Assembly: GCA_030529945.1 (NCBI GenBank)
Contig: JAUMVX010000002.1
Span: 17,160 to 81,159 of the forward strand
Reading direction: 5' to 3'
DNA from: Bacteroidia bacterium
GTDB taxonomy: Bacteria; Bacteroidota; Bacteroidia; Bacteroidales; UBA932
Length of the DNA: 64,000 nt
The notes below the pieces were generated by a model, which saw nothing but the letters and a program-made list of their open reading frames with translations, was not told the DNA's origin and did no database searches. Shown in pieces: positions 50,387 through 59,839 of this stretch (position 1 is the stretch's first letter; each line of letters starts with the position of its first letter). Position numbers and translations under genes: made by a program.

Positions 50387-51313
50387 CTACGAACTCCGGT
50401 ATTCCGAAGGTGTCAGACCGGTATGGGCCTTGAAGAATTTATAGAATACCGACTGGTTCGGGAAGTTCAGTTTATAGACTATCTCCTTGATGGACAGCTC
50501 GGAATATTTCAGCAGATTCTTCGCCTCCATAATCACGAAGGCGTCGATCCATTCCGGAGCGGAACGGCCGGTCTGGGCCTTCACGAGCTTGGAGAGGTAT
50601 TTGGGGCTCAGGCAGAGCTTGTCGGCGTAGAAGCTCATACTCCTCTCTTCGTTATGATGTTCCACCACCAGTTTTATGAAGGCGTCGGAAGTCATCTTCG
50701 AGCGCACGCTGCCTCTGTCCGCAGTCTTGCGGGCTTCTGAAATCTTTTCCGTCCACAGGTTCCCGAGATAATAGAATACGGACGAAACCAGATAGCGAAG
50801 GGCGTCGCGCGAGCGGGAGGCTCCGCTGTGGATAAGCTGCCCCGCTATCCTCATATACATCCGGCACATATCGAACTCTTCCTGGCTGAGGGTGATGCAC
50901 GGGTTGTCCAGAATGCTGTTGCTCTCACGGTACAGGCTGTTGAAATCCAGACGGATAGTCGTCAGGAATTCGGGAGACATAGCCATTATCACGATGTCCA
51001 CGTCCCGGATCTTATCCTCATCGGCCGGCTTCACGCGGCAGATGTTCCCCGGAGTGTTTATGACCAGAGTCCCCCGGCGGACGGTGAAAGCCTTGAGGTT
51101 CACCTCCAGGTCGATGTCGCTCCCCAGACAGAAATAAGCCATATAGCCGTTGAATCTGAAAGGCTTCTTCAGGAACTGCATCCTGTCATCCGATAGAATC
51201 CCGGAACCTGTCAGATGCGAAATGATGAAGTCGTCTGACAGACTGTCCACCTTGTCAGCCGGGAAGAGGGACTTCAATCCCTTGATGTCCAATGTAAATA
51301 GAGAATCAGCCAT
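50387..51313 (-). CDS. AraC-family transcriptional regulator, divergent from the TolC operon
   Basis: FYADKLCLSPKYLSKLVK...SIKEIVYKLNFPNQSVFYKFFKAHTGLTPSEYR. Confidence 0.92.
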   Translation of the reverse strand: MADSLFTLDIKGLKSLFPADKVDSLSDDFIISHLTGSGILSDDRMQFLKKPFRFNGYMAYFCLGSDIDLEVNLKAFTVRRGTLVINTPGNICRVKPADEDKIRDVDIVIMAMSPEFLTTIRLDFNSLYRESNSILDNPCITLSQEEFDMCRMYMRIAGQLIHSGASRSRDALRYLVSSVFYYLGNLWTEKISEARKTADRGSVRSKMTSDAFIKLVVEHHNEERSMSFYADKLCLSPKYLSKLVKAQTGRSAPEWIDAFVIMEAKNLLKYSELSIKEIVYKLNFPNQSVFYKFFKAHTGLTPSEYRSS

Positions 51314-51371
51314 AATGCGCGGAGTAAAACGTCAGCAAATATGCGAAACTTATTCCATCTTGGACGGCCCG

Positions 51372-51468
51372 ATTGTCAAAAAAATGAATTATTCGACCGT
51401 TTGACAATAAAAGGGGCCAAATTCTCTCAATTATCGGGGAAATTATTGTCGATTTGGAGCCAACTTTG
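51372..51468. promoter_or_regulatory. Putative AraC operator repeats and a non-consensus -7 element (CAACTTTG)
   Basis: ATTGTCAAA (51372-80) / TTTGACAAT (51400-08) inverted repeat; TTATTGTC (51443-50); CAACTTTG (51461-68). Confidence 0.4.
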
Positions 51469-51543
51469 CGGGGAGTGCCCGATGCGAATCCGGAAACGGG
51501 ATTTGGCAGAATGAAAAGGTAAATAAGGAAAGAAAAATAAAAG

Positions 51544-53043
51544 ATGAAAAAGATTAGACTATGCATCGTCGTGTTCGCCACTTTCTGCGGTATGCCTCTC
51601 GCTACCGCGCAGCGGACGCTGACTCTTGAGGAATGCCGCAGTCTGGCCCTCGAAAACAGCCGTGACCTCGAACAGGCCGCCACGAAGGTGGAGATGGCCG
51701 GCTATGACAGGAAAATAGCTCTTGCCAATTATTTCCCGAACATCTCCGCGACCGGCGCATACATCTATAACAATAAGAACATATCGCTCATAAGCGAGGA
51801 GCAGTCCGCCATACTGTCGGGCCTGGGCACTACGGTCCAGGGGCAGGTGTCAGACCTTGCCCAGAGTCTGACCCAGGCCATAATGTCGAATCCTTCCGCA
51901 GCCGTCGAATATATGAACAGCCCGCTGTGGCAGACGGTGCTCGGGACATTGTCGAAGACTGATGTCTCGGAGGCCCTGAATGCTGTCGGCCGTGAAATCG
52001 ACGATGCGTTCCATCTCGACATAGAGAACGTCTTCGCCGGTGCGGTGAGCCTGCAGCAGCCGATATTTATGGGAGGCAAGATAGTGAATGCGAACCGGAT
52101 AGCCGCTCTGGCGAAGGATCTCGCCGATGCGCAGTACGACAGTGAGCGCCGCGAGCTCCTGCAGAGTGTGGACCAGGCTTACTGGCAGGTCGTTTCCGTA
52201 GCCGCGAAACGCGATCTGGCCGAGTCCTACTCGGACCTTCTCCGCTCGATGGAGCGCGATGTCCAGCTGTCCGCGGACGAGGGCGTGGCCACGTCCTCCG
52301 ACCTGCTCGCCGTGAAGGTGAAGGCGAATGAAGCTCAGATGCTCCTTACCAAGTCCACTAACGGGCTGGCTCTGGCCAAGATGCTTCTCTGCAAGCTGAC
52401 GGGACTCGACCTGAACGCTCAGATACAGCTCGCCGATGAGGGGAGTGAAGTCATAGCGCAGCCGATTTTCGACGCCGACAAGGAATTGGACGAAGTCCTC
52501 GCGGACCGTCCCGAGACGCGCAGCCTCAGCCTCGGAGCGGACATCTACGGGCGCAAGATAGCCATCGCGCGTGCCGATATGATGCCTAAGCTGGCCTTGA
52601 CGGCCAATTATATGGTCAGCAACCCGAGCGTTCTGAACGGCTTCAGCAAGGACTGGGGAGGGATGTTCAGCGCGGGCGTGGTGATGAATATTCCTCTGTT
52701 CCACGGCTTCGAGGCTCTGCAGAAGACACGCAAGGCAAAAGCCGAGGCTACGCTCTACCGCAGCAAATACGATGACGCGTGCGAGATGATCGCCCTTCAG
52801 CTCAGTCAGTTGAGGCTGAAAAGGGACGAGGCTTTCAGCAGGCTCCGTATGGCGGAGTCCCATCTGGACAGCGCGGAGGAGAATCTGCGCACCGCGACCA
52901 TCGGCTTCAACGAAGGAGTCATCGACTCGAATACAGCTCTCGCGGCTCAGACAGCCTGGCTGCAGGCCCACTCGGAGTATATAGACTCCGCAGTCGAGCT
53001 GCAGATGACCGCGTCCGGACTCAGAAATGCGGAAGCAAGATAG
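51544..53043 (+). CDS. TolC-family outer-membrane efflux protein
   Basis: Signal peptide; LTLEECRSLALENS, SLQQPIFMGG, MNIPLFHG. Confidence 0.92.
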   Translation: MKKIRLCIVVFATFCGMPLATAQRTLTLEECRSLALENSRDLEQAATKVEMAGYDRKIALANYFPNISATGAYIYNNKNISLISEEQSAILSGLGTTVQGQVSDLAQSLTQAIMSNPSAAVEYMNSPLWQTVLGTLSKTDVSEALNAVGREIDDAFHLDIENVFAGAVSLQQPIFMGGKIVNANRIAALAKDLADAQYDSERRELLQSVDQAYWQVVSVAAKRDLAESYSDLLRSMERDVQLSADEGVATSSDLLAVKVKANEAQMLLTKSTNGLALAKMLLCKLTGLDLNAQIQLADEGSEVIAQPIFDADKELDEVLADRPETRSLSLGADIYGRKIAIARADMMPKLALTANYMVSNPSVLNGFSKDWGGMFSAGVVMNIPLFHGFEALQKTRKAKAEATLYRSKYDDACEMIALQLSQLRLKRDEAFSRLRMAESHLDSAEENLRTATIGFNEGVIDSNTALAAQTAWLQAHSEYIDSAVELQMTASGLRNAEAR

Positions 53044-53082
53044 CATTAATACCATAATCATCAGATAATAAACATTACAGAT

Positions 53083-54072
53083 ATGGAAAAGGTTAAGAAG
53101 AATTACAATCTTGTAATCGGAGTTGTGGCTCTGGTAGTGATAGTGCTGCTGATAGCGCTTGCCGGCTGGCTGGTTTCCAGACCTAAGCCGCTTGTAATCC
53201 AGGGCGAAGCGGAAGCTTCAGAGTATCGCGTATCCGGCAAAGTGCCCGGCAGAATAGAGATCCTTATGGCCAGGGAAGGCCAGCAGGTCCATAAGGGCGA
53301 CACAGTGGCGACCATAGATTCTCCGGAGGTGAAGGCCAAGCTTATGCAGGCCGAAGCCGTGAAGAGGGCCGCCGAGGCACAGCGCAGCAAGGCGGAAAAC
53401 GGTGCGCGCAGCGAGCAGATAGCCGGAGCATACCAGCTCTGGCAGCAGGCGAAGGTACAGGAGGAAGTTATGAAGAAGTCCTTCGACAGAATCCAGCGCT
53501 TGTATGACCAGAACGTGGTTTCCGCCCAGAAATATGATGAGGTGAAAGCGAAATACGACGCTTCCGTAGCCCAGAGTGCGGCGGCTGAAAGCCAGTATCA
53601 GATGGCTCTCAACGGCGCACGCGCCGAGGACAAGGCGACTGCCGCTGCCCTGGTGAACCAGGCCTCCGGCGCCCTCGCAGAGGTGGAGTCCTATCTTTCC
53701 GAACTTTATCTCACCTCCCCGGCTGACGGTGTCATTTCCGCCATCTATCCGAAAACCGGCGAACTCGTGGGTCAGGGTTCCCCTGTGATGAGTGTTCTCG
53801 ACCTGAACGACGCGTGGTTCACCTTCAATATCCGCGAGGACTATCTCCACTCTATGAAGACCGGAGACAAGATCAGCGTGAGAGTTCCGGCTCTGGATGA
53901 TGCGGTCTGCACCGCCACCGTCACTTACATCGCGGTACGCGAGTCATATGCCACTTGGAAGGCGACGAAGGAGACCGGCCAGTATGATGCGAAGACCTTC
54001 GAGGTCCGCGCGGTTCCGGACACTGTCCCTGAAGGTCTGCGTCCGGGTATGACGGTGTTACTTAAAAAATAA
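53083..54072 (+). CDS. HlyD-family periplasmic adaptor
   Basis: N-terminal TM, VSGKVPGRI...GQQVHKGD, LTSPADGVI, GLRPGMTV. Confidence 0.92.
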   Translation: MEKVKKNYNLVIGVVALVVIVLLIALAGWLVSRPKPLVIQGEAEASEYRVSGKVPGRIEILMAREGQQVHKGDTVATIDSPEVKAKLMQAEAVKRAAEAQRSKAENGARSEQIAGAYQLWQQAKVQEEVMKKSFDRIQRLYDQNVVSAQKYDEVKAKYDASVAQSAAAESQYQMALNGARAEDKATAAALVNQASGALAEVESYLSELYLTSPADGVISAIYPKTGELVGQGSPVMSVLDLNDAWFTFNIREDYLHSMKTGDKISVRVPALDDAVCTATVTYIAVRESYATWKATKETGQYDAKTFEVRAVPDTVPEGLRPGMTVLLKK

Positions 54073-54078
54073 TCCGAG

Positions 54079-55248
54079 ATGAGTTCGTGGTCACAGATAA
54101 GGACGGTCATCAGACGCGAGATAGGAATCTGGATCAAGAGGCCCATCTATGTGGTGGGTTCTCTCCTGACCATCGTCTTCTGTACCGTGTTCTTCCTGAC
54201 TTTCCTCAAGGATGGTCTGCCGTCCGACCTGCCCATAGGCGTGGTGGATTTAGACCATTCCACATTCTCGAGAAACTTCACCGCCCAGCTTGACGCCACG
54301 CAGCTCGGGGAGGTCATCCAGTACGATGATTTCGCTTCGGCCAGAAGCGCTATGCAGAAGGGCGAGATCACATCCTTCTGCCTGATTCCCGAGAATATGT
54401 ATGCCGACGTGCAGGCCGGCCGTCAGCCTACGATGACTTTCTATGTGAACGGACTGTACTTCGTGGGAGGCGCTCTGGCCTGGAAGGATCTGCTCACTAT
54501 GACGAACCTCACGGGGGGAGCCATAAAGCGTCAGGTCCTGAGAGCCAAGGGTATGAACGAGACTCAGATGCAGGGGCTCCTCAGGCCGGTGGACATAGAT
54601 ACGCATCAGATAGGAAATATGATGACGGACTACGGGGTGTATCTGACGAACAGCTTGCTCCCCGGCATCCTGGAGATGATAGTCATACTGATAGTGGTGT
54701 ATTCCCTGGGTACGGAGCTAAAATACGGGACTTCGCGCCATCTTCTGGAGAAGTCCGGGATGTCCATCACGCGGGCTCTCGCGGGGAAACTGATCGTCTA
54801 TACGCTGTATTTCTCCGTCATCGGCATCATAATGATGCTGATCCTGTATCACTGGATGCATTTCCCGATGCAGGGTTCCATCTGGAATATGTTCCTTGCC
54901 ATAGTGCTGCTGGTGCTCGCGAGCGAGGGAGTCGCGGTCTTCATCATAGGCCTGCTCCCGGTTCTGCGCTTCGCGGTCAGCGTGTCGGCCATCTACAGCA
55001 TACTCGGATTCTCATTGGCGGGGTTCACCCTGCCGGTGGAGACGATGATGCCGTGGCTGCAGGGATTGGCCGCAGCGTTCCCGCTGCGGCACTACTACCT
55101 CTTCTTCGTGCAGGAGAGTCTGTTCGGCGCGGGCTTCGCGGGCTGGTGGACTCAGGTCATCTGGCTGCTGGCGTTCCTGCTGCCGCCGCTTGCCGTGCTG
55201 CCACGTCTGAAGAATGCCTACATCTATCAGAATTACGCTAAAAATTAG
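54079..55248 (+). CDS. ABC-2 type permease (YhhJ/YbhR-like)
   Basis: LPIGVVDLDHS periplasmic domain; C-terminal TMs with GFSLAGFTLP, FPLRHY. Confidence 0.88.
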   Translation: MSSWSQIRTVIRREIGIWIKRPIYVVGSLLTIVFCTVFFLTFLKDGLPSDLPIGVVDLDHSTFSRNFTAQLDATQLGEVIQYDDFASARSAMQKGEITSFCLIPENMYADVQAGRQPTMTFYVNGLYFVGGALAWKDLLTMTNLTGGAIKRQVLRAKGMNETQMQGLLRPVDIDTHQIGNMMTDYGVYLTNSLLPGILEMIVILIVVYSLGTELKYGTSRHLLEKSGMSITRALAGKLIVYTLYFSVIGIIMMLILYHWMHFPMQGSIWNMFLAIVLLVLASEGVAVFIIGLLPVLRFAVSVSAIYSILGFSLAGFTLPVETMMPWLQGLAAAFPLRHYYLFFVQESLFGAGFAGWWTQVIWLLAFLLPPLAVLPRLKNAYIYQNYAKN

Positions 55249-55254
55249 AAGGTT

Positions 55255-56520
55255 ATGAGTTTCGTAAAGACTTGGTTACATAATTTCCTGGACATTATGC
55301 TCCACGAACTGCGGGGCATATTCAAGGATGTCGGAGTGCTCATCATCTTCTTCGTGGGCGGATTGGGCTATCCGATAGTGTACAGCCTCGTGTACCATAA
55401 CGGCATACTCGAAGACACTCCGATCGCGGTCGTGGATGACAGCGCGGATCCCTACTCCCGCCGCTACATCCGCGAGCTGGACGCGACGCGCGAAGTTTCG
55501 GTCGCCTACAGCTGCGTGAATATGGAAGAGGCCCGAAGCCTTCTGCAGAAGCGGAAAGTGAACGGCATAGTGTATTTCCCGCGAGACTTCGGCGAGAAGG
55601 TCGTACGAGGAGAGACCGCCAAACTCAGCATCTATGCGGATATGAGCAGCTTCCTCTATTACAAGAACCTGCTTATGGGCGCGAACTTCGTGATGCTGGA
55701 CGAGATCAAGAACATTCAGATCGAGCGATTCTCCGCTGCGGGCTATTCGGGACAGACGCTCTCGCAGCTCGTGGAGCCGATGAAGTATGAGGACAATAAT
55801 CCTTATAACCGCGCTTTCTCCTACGGAATCTTCTTCCTGTCAGCCGCGCTTCTGCTTGTGATACAGCAGACTATGTTCTACGGGATGTCTCTGCGGGCCG
55901 GCACTATGCGGGAAGAGAGCCATAGCCCCGCGCTGCTGCCTTCTGTAGTGGAGGGGTCCGGAGTCGGGAGAGTCGTGCTGGGCAGGGGAGCGGCATATTG
56001 GCTGCTGTATATGGGTATAGGAATGTATATCGCCTATATAATACCTGCAGCCTTCGGTCTGCCGCAGAGGGGCGATTTCCGGGATATCTTCATCCTGCTG
56101 CTCTTCTTCATCACCGACTGCGTGCTTTTCTGCTCCACCTGGAGTTCGCTCATAACGCGGCGTGAGACGGTGTTCATACTGTTTCTCTTTATGTCGCCCG
56201 TCGCGCTCTTCCTTACGGGATTCTCCTGGCCGACCAGCGCATTCCCGGCTTTCTGGAAGTATTTCTCCTATATCTTCCCGTCCACTTTCGGCTGTCAGGC
56301 TTTCATAAACCTGAATACCGCGGGCGGAGATCTCTCCACCGTGCGGGATCTGATTGCGGCGCTTGCCGTCCAGACCATAGTTTACTATGTCCTCTCCAGC
56401 GTGGCCATCTATGTGGAGAACTGGATTATCCGCCACAAGGAGCTTCTTCAGCAGAAACGCAATCTCGTGGAGGAGAGAATCGGAAGAGGTCTCGGCGACC
56501 GCGTAAGTATGGACCTGTAA
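55255..56520 (+). CDS. ABC-2 type permease, second subunit
   Basis: PIAVVDDSA; LTGFSWP; IFPSTFG. Confidence 0.88.
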   Translation: MSFVKTWLHNFLDIMLHELRGIFKDVGVLIIFFVGGLGYPIVYSLVYHNGILEDTPIAVVDDSADPYSRRYIRELDATREVSVAYSCVNMEEARSLLQKRKVNGIVYFPRDFGEKVVRGETAKLSIYADMSSFLYYKNLLMGANFVMLDEIKNIQIERFSAAGYSGQTLSQLVEPMKYEDNNPYNRAFSYGIFFLSAALLLVIQQTMFYGMSLRAGTMREESHSPALLPSVVEGSGVGRVVLGRGAAYWLLYMGIGMYIAYIIPAAFGLPQRGDFRDIFILLLFFITDCVLFCSTWSSLITRRETVFILFLFMSPVALFLTGFSWPTSAFPAFWKYFSYIFPSTFGCQAFINLNTAGGDLSTVRDLIAALAVQTIVYYVLSSVAIYVENWIIRHKELLQQKRNLVEERIGRGLGDRVSMDL

Positions 56521-56703
56521 GTCCTTTCGGGAATCGGGTATCTGCGCGGAAAAGCGCAAATATTCAGTTTTTGACACCAAAAGTTCACCAAGTTCGTTTT
56601 TTTGCGTAACTTAGTGGACTTTTTGGTAGTTTGTCGCGGACGGGCCGCCCCGAATGGCCCTCCGGGAGACCGCAGACTCCCGTAACGGTGTATATACTAA
56701 CTA

Positions 56704-57999
56704 ATGATTAAGGATATGACTAAAAAACAGACCAATGTCGTGGCGATCGTGACGATGTGCTTCATCTTCGCTATGATATCCTTCGTTACCAATATGGCCG
56801 CCCCGTTCGGTAACATCTGGAAGGGAAACTACAGCTGGGCGGGAATGATGGGCAATATGATGAACTTCGCCGCCTATCTCTTTATGGGTATCCCCGCAGG
56901 CAAGATGCTGGTGAAGGTCGGATATAAGAAGACCACCCTCATCGCCCTCGCGGTAGGCTTCATAGGAATGACGATCCAGTGGCTCTCCAGCCGCGCCTTC
57001 CTCGGCGGCTCGGCGATATATGTCTATCTGCTCGGCGCATTCATCTGCGGTTTCTGCGTATGTATGCTCAACACCGTCGTGAACCCTATGCTGAACATCC
57101 TCGGCGGCGGCGGCAACAGGGGTAACCAGTACATCCAGATCGGAGGCACTATGAACTCCCTCGCCGGCACCCTCACTCCGCTTCTCGTCGGTCTTCTCAT
57201 CGGCACCGTTTCCGCCGAAACCAGAATGAGCGATGTCGCCCCTCTGCTTTTCATCGCGATGGGCGTATTCGCCGTGGCGTTCATCATCATTTCTTTCGTA
57301 AGCATTCCGGAGCCGGCCGCAGAGCGCAAGAATGTCAAGTACGAGCACAGCGCCTGGAGTTTCCGCCACTGCGTCCTCGGTATCGTGGGCATCTTCTTCT
57401 ATGTGGGCATCGAGGTGGGTATCCCGGCTCAGCTTAACTTCTACCTCTCCGACCCTTCCGAAAGGGGTGCCGGCATCCTTCTGAACGGAGCCGCCATCGG
57501 CGGCGCCATAGCGGCTGTCTACTGGCTGCTTATGATGGTGGGCCGCATCTGCAGTTCGGCCATCTCCGGAAAGGTGAGTACCCGTACCCAGCTCATAGCC
57601 GTATCTTCGCTTGCCATCGCGCTTGTGGTCATCGCCATCTTCCTTCCGAAGACGGTCACCGTCTCTATGCCGGGCTATAGCGCCGGCGAGGGCTTCGCTA
57701 TGTTCCAGGTTCCGGCGAGCGCGCTTCTGCTCGTCCTCTGCGGTCTTTGCACCTCACTGATGTGGGGCGGCATCTTCAATCTTTCCACAGAAGGCCTGGG
57801 CAAATACACCGAGCAGGCTTCAGGCATCTTTATGATGATGGTGGTCGGCGGCGGCATAATGCCTCTCATCCAGGAATTCCTCGCCGGCAAGGTCGGCTAT
57901 ATGGGTTCATACTGGCTTGTGGTGGCGATGCTCGCCTACATCCTCTATTACGCCCTCATCGGCTGCAGAAACGTGAATAAGGACATCCCTACAGAATAG
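56704..57999 (+). CDS. FucP/NagP-like MFS sugar:H+ symporter (start may be 56716)
   Basis: FAMISFVTNM, KVGYKKT, VNPMLNILG, FFYVGIEVG, WGGIFNL, GLGKYTEQASG. Confidence 0.88.
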   Translation: MIKDMTKKQTNVVAIVTMCFIFAMISFVTNMAAPFGNIWKGNYSWAGMMGNMMNFAAYLFMGIPAGKMLVKVGYKKTTLIALAVGFIGMTIQWLSSRAFLGGSAIYVYLLGAFICGFCVCMLNTVVNPMLNILGGGGNRGNQYIQIGGTMNSLAGTLTPLLVGLLIGTVSAETRMSDVAPLLFIAMGVFAVAFIIISFVSIPEPAAERKNVKYEHSAWSFRHCVLGIVGIFFYVGIEVGIPAQLNFYLSDPSERGAGILLNGAAIGGAIAAVYWLLMMVGRICSSAISGKVSTRTQLIAVSSLAIALVVIAIFLPKTVTVSMPGYSAGEGFAMFQVPASALLLVLCGLCTSLMWGGIFNLSTEGLGKYTEQASGIFMMMVVGGGIMPLIQEFLAGKVGYMGSYWLVVAMLAYILYYALIGCRNVNKDIPTE

Positions 58000-58006
58000 C
58001 TATAAT

Positions 58007-58969
58007 ATGGAAAAACAGTACGTAGTCGGTATCGACGTAGGTGGACAGACCACCAAGATAGGAGTTGTGGATGCGCGCGGAGACGTGCTCGCGCAGTCGG
58101 TAATCCGCTCCGACATTTATGGAGAAGACGCTTCGGCTTATGTGGACGCTCTCGCTGCGGCGGTGAAGGCTGTGGTCGCAGACTCCGGAAAGACCGAAGA
58201 GATTCGCGGCATCGGCGTAGGCGCTCCTAACGGGAACTACTATACCGGAACCATCGCTTTCGCACCGAACCTCGTCTGGGCGGCGAAGGGCACCGTGGAT
58301 TTCGCCAAGATGCTTTCCGCGCGTCTGGAAGGTATGCCTGTCTCCCTCACGAACGACGCGAATGCGGCGGCTGTGGGTGAGATGACCTACGGCGTGGCCA
58401 GAGGTATGAAGAATTTCATTATGATCACCCTCGGCACGGGAGTCGGCAGCGGTATCGTGATAAACGGCCAGGTGGTTTACGGCTTCGACGGCTTCGCCGG
58501 CGAGCTGGGACATACGAATGCTGTCCGTTATAACGGGCGTGCCTGCGGCTGCGGCCGGACAGGCTGTCTGGAGGCTTACTGCTCCGCTATGGGCGTGGCC
58601 CGTACGGCCCGCGAGTGGCTTGAGTCCGGCACTGAGCCTTCCCTTCTGAGGGACGTGGAGAATATTACATCGAAGGATGTCTATGATGCCGCGAAGCAGG
58701 GCGATGCTCTCGCCATCAGAGTGTTCCAGTACACGGGACGCATTCTGGGCCGCTCTTTCGCGGATTTCGTGGCGTTCAGCGCTCCGGAGGCCATCGTTCT
58801 CTTCGGAGGACTGGCCAGGGCCAAGGAGTTCCTCTATCAGCCTATGGTGGAGGCTATGGACGAGAACCTTCTTAAAATCTGGAAGGGAAAAATCAAGATA
58901 GTCTTCTCCCAGCTCAAGGAGTCCGACGCCGCCATCCTCGGTGCGTCCGCCCTCGCCTGGGAACTTTAG
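58007..58969 (+). CDS. ROK-family sugar kinase (RokA/glucokinase-like)
   Basis: GIDVGG, NDANAAAVGE, LGTGVGSG, ELGH, CGCGRTGCLEAY. Confidence 0.92.
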   Translation: MEKQYVVGIDVGGQTTKIGVVDARGDVLAQSVIRSDIYGEDASAYVDALAAAVKAVVADSGKTEEIRGIGVGAPNGNYYTGTIAFAPNLVWAAKGTVDFAKMLSARLEGMPVSLTNDANAAAVGEMTYGVARGMKNFIMITLGTGVGSGIVINGQVVYGFDGFAGELGHTNAVRYNGRACGCGRTGCLEAYCSAMGVARTAREWLESGTEPSLLRDVENITSKDVYDAAKQGDALAIRVFQYTGRILGRSFADFVAFSAPEAIVLFGGLARAKEFLYQPMVEAMDENLLKIWKGKIKIVFSQLKESDAAILGASALAWEL

Positions 58970-58996
58970 AAACTTATTAATTTATAGTTATAAACG

Positions 58997-59743
58997 ATGA
59001 AAAAAGTATTTTTTGCAGCCCTTCTGGGCGTTGCAGTTCTCTCCTGCTCACCTAAGAGCGGTGTAGAAGGCGGCACTTCAGCTAAGGATCTCCAGCCTAC
59101 CAAGGCTCAGCTCGATTCCGTCAGCTATCTTATCGGTATCCAGTTCGGTTCTTTCCTCAAGAACTATGATATGAACGACCTCAGCTATGCCACCATCAAG
59201 GAAGGTATGGACGATTTCCTCGCATCCGAGGGCAGCCCGTACGATGAGGATTTCACCAAGCAGTTCAGGGTTAATCCTGACGAGATGAACAGCATCATCA
59301 CCTCATATCTCCAGAAGAAGCAGCAGTACAAGCTTCTCGTGAACAAGGAGGCCGGTGACAAGTTCCTCGAGGCGAACAAGGCCAAGGCCAATGTCCAGAC
59401 CACCGAGTCGGGCCTTCAGTATAAGATCATCACCCCGGGCAACGAAAAGCGGGCCTCTCTTCAGGATACCGTAGTCGTACGCTACAAGGGCACTCTCCTT
59501 GACGGCAAGGTGTTCGATGAGGTGAAGGACGATGCTGAACCTGCAAGGTTCACCCTGAACGGCGTCATCCGCGGATGGCAGGAAGGTATGCGGCTCATAG
59601 GTGAGGGCGGCGAGATCGAACTTTATGTTCCTGCAGACCTCGCTTACGGCGAGAGGGGAAACAGCGGCATCGAGCCTAACTCCACTCTCATCTTCAATGT
59701 CAAGCTCGCGGAGATTCATCCTGTAGCTCCTGCCGCCGAGTAG
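58997..59743 (+). CDS. FKBP-type peptidyl-prolyl isomerase (lipoprotein)
   Basis: Lipobox VLSC; SGLQYK, YKGTLLDGKVFD, VIRGWQEG, PADLAYG. Confidence 0.93.
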   Translation: MKKVFFAALLGVAVLSCSPKSGVEGGTSAKDLQPTKAQLDSVSYLIGIQFGSFLKNYDMNDLSYATIKEGMDDFLASEGSPYDEDFTKQFRVNPDEMNSIITSYLQKKQQYKLLVNKEAGDKFLEANKAKANVQTTESGLQYKIITPGNEKRASLQDTVVVRYKGTLLDGKVFDEVKDDAEPARFTLNGVIRGWQEGMRLIGEGGEIELYVPADLAYGERGNSGIEPNSTLIFNVKLAEIHPVAPAAE

Positions 59744-59770
59744 GGGAGATTCTTTAGAAATCATTTGATT

Positions 59771-59812
59771 GACCGGCCTCCGGAATCCTTTACGGACTTC
59801 CGGAGGCCGGTT
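59771..59812. terminator. Hairpin between convergent FKBP and miaA
   Basis: ACCGGCCTCCGGAA...TTCCGGAGGCCGGT, 14-bp perfect stem. Confidence 0.75.
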
Positions 59813-59839
59813 GTCATTTCAGTTATTTTTTAGAATCAC

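Noticed and set aside
56576-56627. Invertible (phase-variable) promoter
   Set aside because: Arms are imperfect, only 13 nt apart, overlap the promoter box, and no recombinase gene is nearby.
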